Shown here: in pieces, positions 57,873 through 64,000 of the stretch | How positions within the stretch are numbered: position 1 is the first letter of the stretch | How the letters are laid out: the number at the start of each line of letters is the position of its first letter | Assembly: GCA_964016885.1 (NCBI GenBank) | Contig: OZ024746.1 | Coordinates: 85,312,001-85,376,000 of the forward strand | Direction: 5' to 3' | DNA length: 64,000 bases | DNA from: Eledone cirrhosa | Taxonomy: Eukaryota | Notes under the pieces: generated by a model | Databases searched by the model: none | What the model saw: the letters and a program-made list of their open reading frames with translations, nothing else | Told to the model about the DNA's origin: nothing | Position numbers and translations under genes: made by a program

Positions 57873-57937
57873 CGCAGCGTAGCCATAGTTACTGGAATAG
57901 AAAAGAGGGTATATCAATATTTCACATAAGATACGGA

Positions 57938-58146
57938 AGGGGGATTGGCAGAATTGGTAGACCGTCAGATAAAATACTTTGTTCTGGATCTTTACGTCCG
58001 AGTTCAATCCTACCGAGGTCAGCTTTACCTTTCCTCCTTCCGAGTTCGATATATAAATAAAGTACCAGTGAAGTACAGGGGTTGATTTAATCAACTTTGT
58101 CCTTCCCTGGAATTTGCTGGCCTTGTGACTAAATTAGAAATCAATA
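57938..58146 (+). mobile_element. SINE (older subfamily)
   Basis: Head, core and tail present. Confidence 0.8.
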
Positions 58147-59389
58147 TTTCGCGTAAGTAAACAATATAATAAATTAATTCACAAGCCCTAACGACAGCTG
58201 CTAATGGGGTAACACATCTTATATAAGTTTTAAAAGATGTTTAATAATGCACCTCTAAAAGTACGGAGCTGTTTTTCGTTTATTTTTGTATATATATAAA
58301 GCTAAAGCAACTTGACTGATAGTTCTTCAGTCAATTTGAATAAATCTCCCCAAACAAATCAAATATGTGGCTTTGTACTAATGTATGAATTCATTTCTGA
58401 CTCTAGGCAAGATAGAGTTGTTCCAGGTCAGATATTTCTCTGTATTTCATCTTGAACCTCTCGTTTTTGTATTCAAATCCACTATGCTGATTGCTGTGGT
58501 TTATCAAAAGGTCAGCTCAAATCCAGTAGCACTACATTACACAGTATGTTCTTATATTTTAAGACAGTAGGGTAGGATTTAAAAGAAACTTAAATAGTAT
58601 TTCTAGCAGGTCGGGCGACTTCATAGATGTTCAATTTCAATAGCTGATAACCTAGGTAATGTTCTCGCGTTGATTTGGTTAAATGAGCTCCTTTGCTATA
58701 CACATTTGCCTTGTGTCGGTTCAAAGAAAACGTCATTCTCCATCTGACTGAGACCTACAAAATAAGAAGGTAGTCACAGTATGATTGCTCAGTCTGCAAG
58801 AAATAGCAGCCAAATGTCCCTCAAATAACTCCGTGTCGTCATTAAAAAGAGGACACGTTGGATAACATTGTCCGAAGTTCTCCGCTCATATAAAAGAAAT
58901 TTGGAATGGACACGACTGGAATATCTTTGATCATAGGTCTGCTCTATCTGGACTGACCTGATCCAACAATGACAAGTAAACTTGTGGGTTAACCAATCCG
59001 AGACAGTATCAATTTCCAATTCAAGCCATGCCACTAATAACATAAGAAAATATATGAATGCCATACAATTGTATTATTCTCCCTTATAAAATGTGTGTGA
59101 ATATGAAATCCTTATTTTCTTTATTTTTCATCTGAAATATTTGCTTTTAAAACATACAAACACGATTAGCAACCTTCAACAAGCATCAGAATGGAATGTT
59201 TTATTTCTCGTATTATGAGATTGAGTGAATACAAATAAATTTCTCTTTAAATGGAATGACTTGAAGCAGATTTCGCTTTTACAACCAGTTGATATATACA
59301 CTAATATAAGTTTACTGTACAAGAAACAGCTTTTAGACTCATTCTCTCATATATACACCAGGTCCGAACATAAAAGAACCAAACTTCCA

Positions 59390-59700
59390 CTGTCGCTGCC
59401 TCCGTCTCTCCCGCTCTCCCCCATCTCTTACTATTATGAGCAAATGGGGGTCCACACTCTGGCCGCCCTGCGGCCCCGGCGGACAGAATAGAGAAGGCGT
59501 TTCTCCGGAGGATGGTGAAAGCCATTACAACTCGCGAGCCTCACACCTGTGGGTAGCCAACTCTGTGCCGGTGGTGGTGAGTAGGGTGATGATCCTATGA
59601 CCAAGGACACCAGATGTCTCCACTGCCACAGGCTCGACCACAAACCTGTCGGAGAGCGACCAATTCATGACATTTAACATTCCCAGATGATCTGCTACCT
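59390..59700 (-). mobile_element. CRE-like RLE fragment
   Basis: Minus-strand similarity to 47430-47600 (PVAVETSGVLG...ELATHRCEAREL). Confidence 0.7.
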
Positions 59701-60360
59701 AGCGCCCATCAGTTAAGTGAACTGAGGTATAAATAGCCGTGAGCTTTGCCCCAAAATATCATACATAACGAAAAGTTCACAGTAGATTTCGAACTCAAGA
59801 CTTAATATCAGTCCAGTATCCTTCCTATTCAATAGGCCAGTTTTGCTTATCATTATCATTCAATGCTGGCCTTTTATATACTGCATTCATTCATCTTAAC
59901 ATTTATCTTTAATCGATATCATCAAACATTTACGTATGTTTGATTTCGCTTACTTTTTCAATGAATCAATTAGAAATCTTCAAATACACCAGAGACAGAA
60001 AGGGAGTGTGGGGAGAGAGCACGCAATGTGCTTAATATACCGATAGCCTTTTTTAGTTGTGCTTTGTTTCTGTTTGTTTGTTTTTCTTTGTTTTTCTTTT
60101 TTGTTTTGTGTGTTTTTTGTTTATCTTTTGGGGTTTTTTTTATTAGTTTTTTTTTTGCGTTCGTGTTGGTAATAGGCGATAATCGAATAATGATTATTTT
60201 CACTATCTGATATTGAATAATGATAAACATTAAAACAATACAAGCATCAATGAACTTTCATCTTCCCATAATAGTAGTTTGATTAAAGATGTTGAAGAAG
60301 AAGAAGAAGAAGAAGAAGAAGAAGAAGAAGAAGAAGAAGAAGAAGAAGAAGAAGAAGAAG

Positions 60361-60395
<35 letters not shown>

Positions 60396-60398
60396 CGA

Positions 60399-60433
<35 letters not shown>

Positions 60434-60644
60434 ACGAGAAAGAGAAGGAAAAGGTGAAAGAAATGATAAGTAGATGTGTACACAGAGAGGAGTGGAATCT
60501 TTTTGATGGCAGAACAATGTGAAAAAGAAGCAATCATGACTGTTTTGTGTCAAGCTGCAAAACAAATCCTCCACTGTAATATAAAGGAACAGACAGAGAT
60601 ATGAAATATATGTGTGTGTGTGTGTGTGTGTGAGAGAGTGTGTG

Positions 60645-60830
60645 TGTAGATCCCGAGTTAAATAGTGGGGTAACCACAATAAGGAACTCAATACATTAGC
60701 AGAGTGTGAACATCATTATTTAATATAGAAATGACTAGAACTATTTCATTCATATGAAATCGTTAGGATGATTTCATATGAATGAATCAGTTCTAGTTCT
60801 GTAGAAGCCATTTCTATATCAAATATAATT
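60645..60830. mobile_element. Family C element with fold-back inside the ribozyme core
   Basis: TTCATTCATATGAAATCGT tagg ATGATTTCATATGAATGAA; flanks match 51890-52050 and 53290-53455. Confidence 0.7.
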
Positions 60831-60831
60831 A

Positions 60832-60913
<82 letters not shown>

Positions 60914-61638
60914 TGGAATAATAAGAAAATATCAAGGCAAGACGAGCTGGTAAAACCGCAAAAAGAAGAAAGGGGCCCACGAACCTCAAGCTATGGTATC
61001 CGTCTGAAATAGAAAGTTAAGATAGCTATGATAAAAATATAAACAATGTTGTCTCGAAATCCGAGATAGAGTGCGAATGTATTAGAAATTCATAAAATAA
61101 TGAGAAAAAAATCAACTCAAGTCTAACTGTTAAAACAGCAAAATGCCTGCAATGCCAGCGTTGGGTGAAGATTACCTCAAGGCCACAAATCAGTGGCTAT
61201 AAGTGTGCATATTTATATATTGAATTTATATTCTAAAGACTTAACCATGCGGATTATTTTTAAACTACCATATAATAGACATCACACCGCCTGGCCTGTT
61301 TTCCCCTATTCTTCCGTGTTACCTTTTCAACACCTCAGTGTCCTTCTTTGCCTGCACGTTGGACAACAGTCCTTATTCTCTGTTTTACTATTTATCTCCT
61401 TTCTATATTTTTCTCCTTTGGCTAAGCCCTTGTGCACTCTATATTTGTGTAATTTGCCTAAAAGCATAATTTGTCTCTACCTGTTTGTTATGTCCCAATG
61501 TGCACTGGAATGAATGGTATCGACCTTAATGTACAGAAACCGTAGTGATTTCCACTGGTTGACTGAGGAGATGGGTCTGTCCGTTTTTCCGTTGTTTTTT
61601 TTTCCATTGTCTTTGTCCTGTGCGCTCATCTATTTTGA

Positions 61639-61750
<112 letters not shown>

Positions 61751-61785
61751 TAATTATATATATATATAAATATAAATGTATATAT

Positions 61786-61855
<70 letters not shown>

Positions 61856-61860
<5 letters not shown>

Positions 61861-62860
61861 AATAATGGAGCTGCACGTTGCAAATGGGGTACATATGAAA
61901 AAGTAAGTCCTTCATCAGTGACCCTCCAACCGTCCCAGGCATTTCATCGCTTTAAGGGCCATATACCTCAGGTTGGTGCGAACAACGGCTAAAAAAAGTC
62001 GTTGGGACACGTAAATAAAGGGGACGTTAGGGTGAACAAACAAAATGGTTTAAGCAACGGAAAGTGAGAAGAAAGAGACAAGTCCCAGATTTCTATGAAT
62101 ATAAACTCGGTGAAATCGTGAACAAGAGACAAAAGACCATCAAACCTGGTTGAAATGTGAGCAAGGAAGGAATTTCGCACAGGTCTAACGGGGGGAAGAA
62201 GAAGGGGTCTGGTCTACGAATTCGGTAAACATAAGTTCTGTGAAGTCGCAGACGAGAGAGAGAGAAAAAAAATTTCATACCGGCTTGACCAAGAACGCGC
62301 GAGAAAAGAAATCGGAAAGGTCAAGCGGGAAGAAAGAGGAGGAAAGAGGAGGAGGAGGAGAGGTAGTGACAGAGAATGAGTGAGTGAAAGTTGAGGAGGA
62401 GGCTAACAGAGAGAGAGAGACTGCTAGAAAGGGTAAAGATACAAAGAACGAAACAGACGGGTGGCAGCAGAAGAAAAAATATGTGTAAATATGATAATAA
62501 TGGAGCTGCACGTTGCAAATGGGGTACATATGAAAAAGTAAGTCCTTCATCAGTGACCCTCCAACCGTCCCAGGCATTTCATCGCTTTAAGGGCCATATA
62601 CCTCAGGTTGGTGCGAACAACGGCTAAAAAAAGTCGTTGGGACACGTAAATAAAGGGGACGTTAGGGTGAACAAACAAAATGGTTTAAGCAACGGAAAGT
62701 GAGAAGAAAGAGACAAGTCCCAGATTTCTATGAATATAAACTCGGTGAAATCGTGAACAAGAGACAAAAGACCATCAAACCTGGTTGAAATGTGAGCAAG
62801 GAAGGAATTTCGCACAGGTCTAACGGGGGGAAGAAGAAGGGGTCTGGTCTACGAATTCGG
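61856..62860 (-). mobile_element. Partial tandem repeat of a probable Penelope-like terminus (pLTR-like)
   Basis: 61856-62225 is repeated at 62491-62860 (period 635 bp) and abuts (TA)n. Minus-strand CACTGATGAAGG core half in both copies. Confidence 0.6.
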
Positions 62861-63108
62861 TTAACTGATTAAGTAGTCAATACTGGTGGGTAGGGTGTAA
62901 ATTATATATTCTAACCAGAAAAATATGCAGTGACTTCAAAGTTTGGTTGCGTTATTAAGAATAAGCTAAGCTGTGTTATTAAGAATAAGACGTAGCTGTG
63001 TTGTTAAGGAGCTCGCTTTGCAACCACTTGACTTTGGGTTCAGTCCCACTGTGTAACACCTTCGGCAAGCCACATCTAATATAGCCTCAGTCTGTACATA
63101 TATGTGTG

Positions 63109-63170
<62 letters not shown>

Positions 63171-63267
63171 CGTGTGTAACTTGAAGGATTTAAAGTTTAA
63201 ATATTCATTTTATTAAGGGTATATAGTGAGTCTTGTTACTCTAGAGTTTCACCTGTTTAAACAGACG

Positions 63268-63311
<44 letters not shown>

Positions 63312-63834
63312 CTATGTGTGTGTCTGTGTGTGTCTATGTGTGTGTGTGTGTGTGTGTATGTGTGCATGTGGGTGTGTGTGTTTGTACAGAGAGTGGGAAA
63401 CAGATCAAGTCATTTTGAAAATATAGTAGATAAACATGAAATATGATTATAGCCTACAAACCAGAAAGATATGGGACGACTCCATCTGGTCATATAATAT
63501 TATTATGTGTTTATTTGGGTGCTTGGTGTGTTTATTTATTGCCAATTAATTTTTTGTGTATGTATCAATACTTCAGCAATGTTCGTATTCGATTTCTGTC
63601 TGGTATTCGAAATGTACTCGATATTAGAACTTAATATCCGACATTTATTTTAGAAATGTATGTATTCTTTTTATTCCTTTATTGGTTTCAGTCTTTATGT
63701 CATTAGGCTGCGGACATATCGATCCCTTCCCCCAGTATTTGTTTGGTTTTGTTTTATTTTGTTTTGACTTTTTCAAATATGGTACTTATTTTGTCGAACT
63801 CTTTTTGTCGAACCAGGCAAGAGACCGCAAATCA

Positions 63835-63843
63835 TAGTCATAC

Positions 63844-63874
<31 letters not shown>

Positions 63875-63910
63875 TATCGTCATCATTATCATCATCATCG
63901 TCATCATCAC

Positions 63911-63941
<31 letters not shown>

Positions 63942-64000
63942 GTCATCATTATCATCATCATCGTCGCCATCATCGTTATTATCATCATCATCGTCGTCAT
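63835..64000. repeat. (CAT)n microsatellite
   Basis: Directly visible. Confidence 0.95.

Overview
Very AT-rich, microsatellite-saturated eukaryotic DNA. The SINE types and repeat landscape suggest a cephalopod, probably Octopus (inference). Nearly all listed ORFs are translations of simple repeats and no complete host gene is visible; there are 1-3 possible isolated exons, the best one VWA/CLCA-like at 38415-38550. Recognisable content: about 20 tRNA-derived SINE copies (most with a Nin/Deu-type core), LINE 3' fragments (RTE, CRE-like, R4/Dong-like, CR1/L2-like), a hAT-like element, a pogo/Tigger-like MITE and many mini/microsatellites. The main hidden signal is a dense set of short (150-450 bp) non-coding elements embedded in (TA)n tracts that carry type I hammerhead ribozymes. 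I count 14 complete folds by eye (one with a mutated cleavage triplet), plus half-ribozymes and decayed copies, in at least 5 multi-copy families plus singletons. Most have short palindromic stem III, as in Penelope-like/retrozyme hammerheads, and several share a C.Y mismatch in stem II. Many copies form fold-back inverted repeats whose turning points lie in the ribozyme or at small pre-existing hairpins. All folds were derived by eye and coordinates are approximate.
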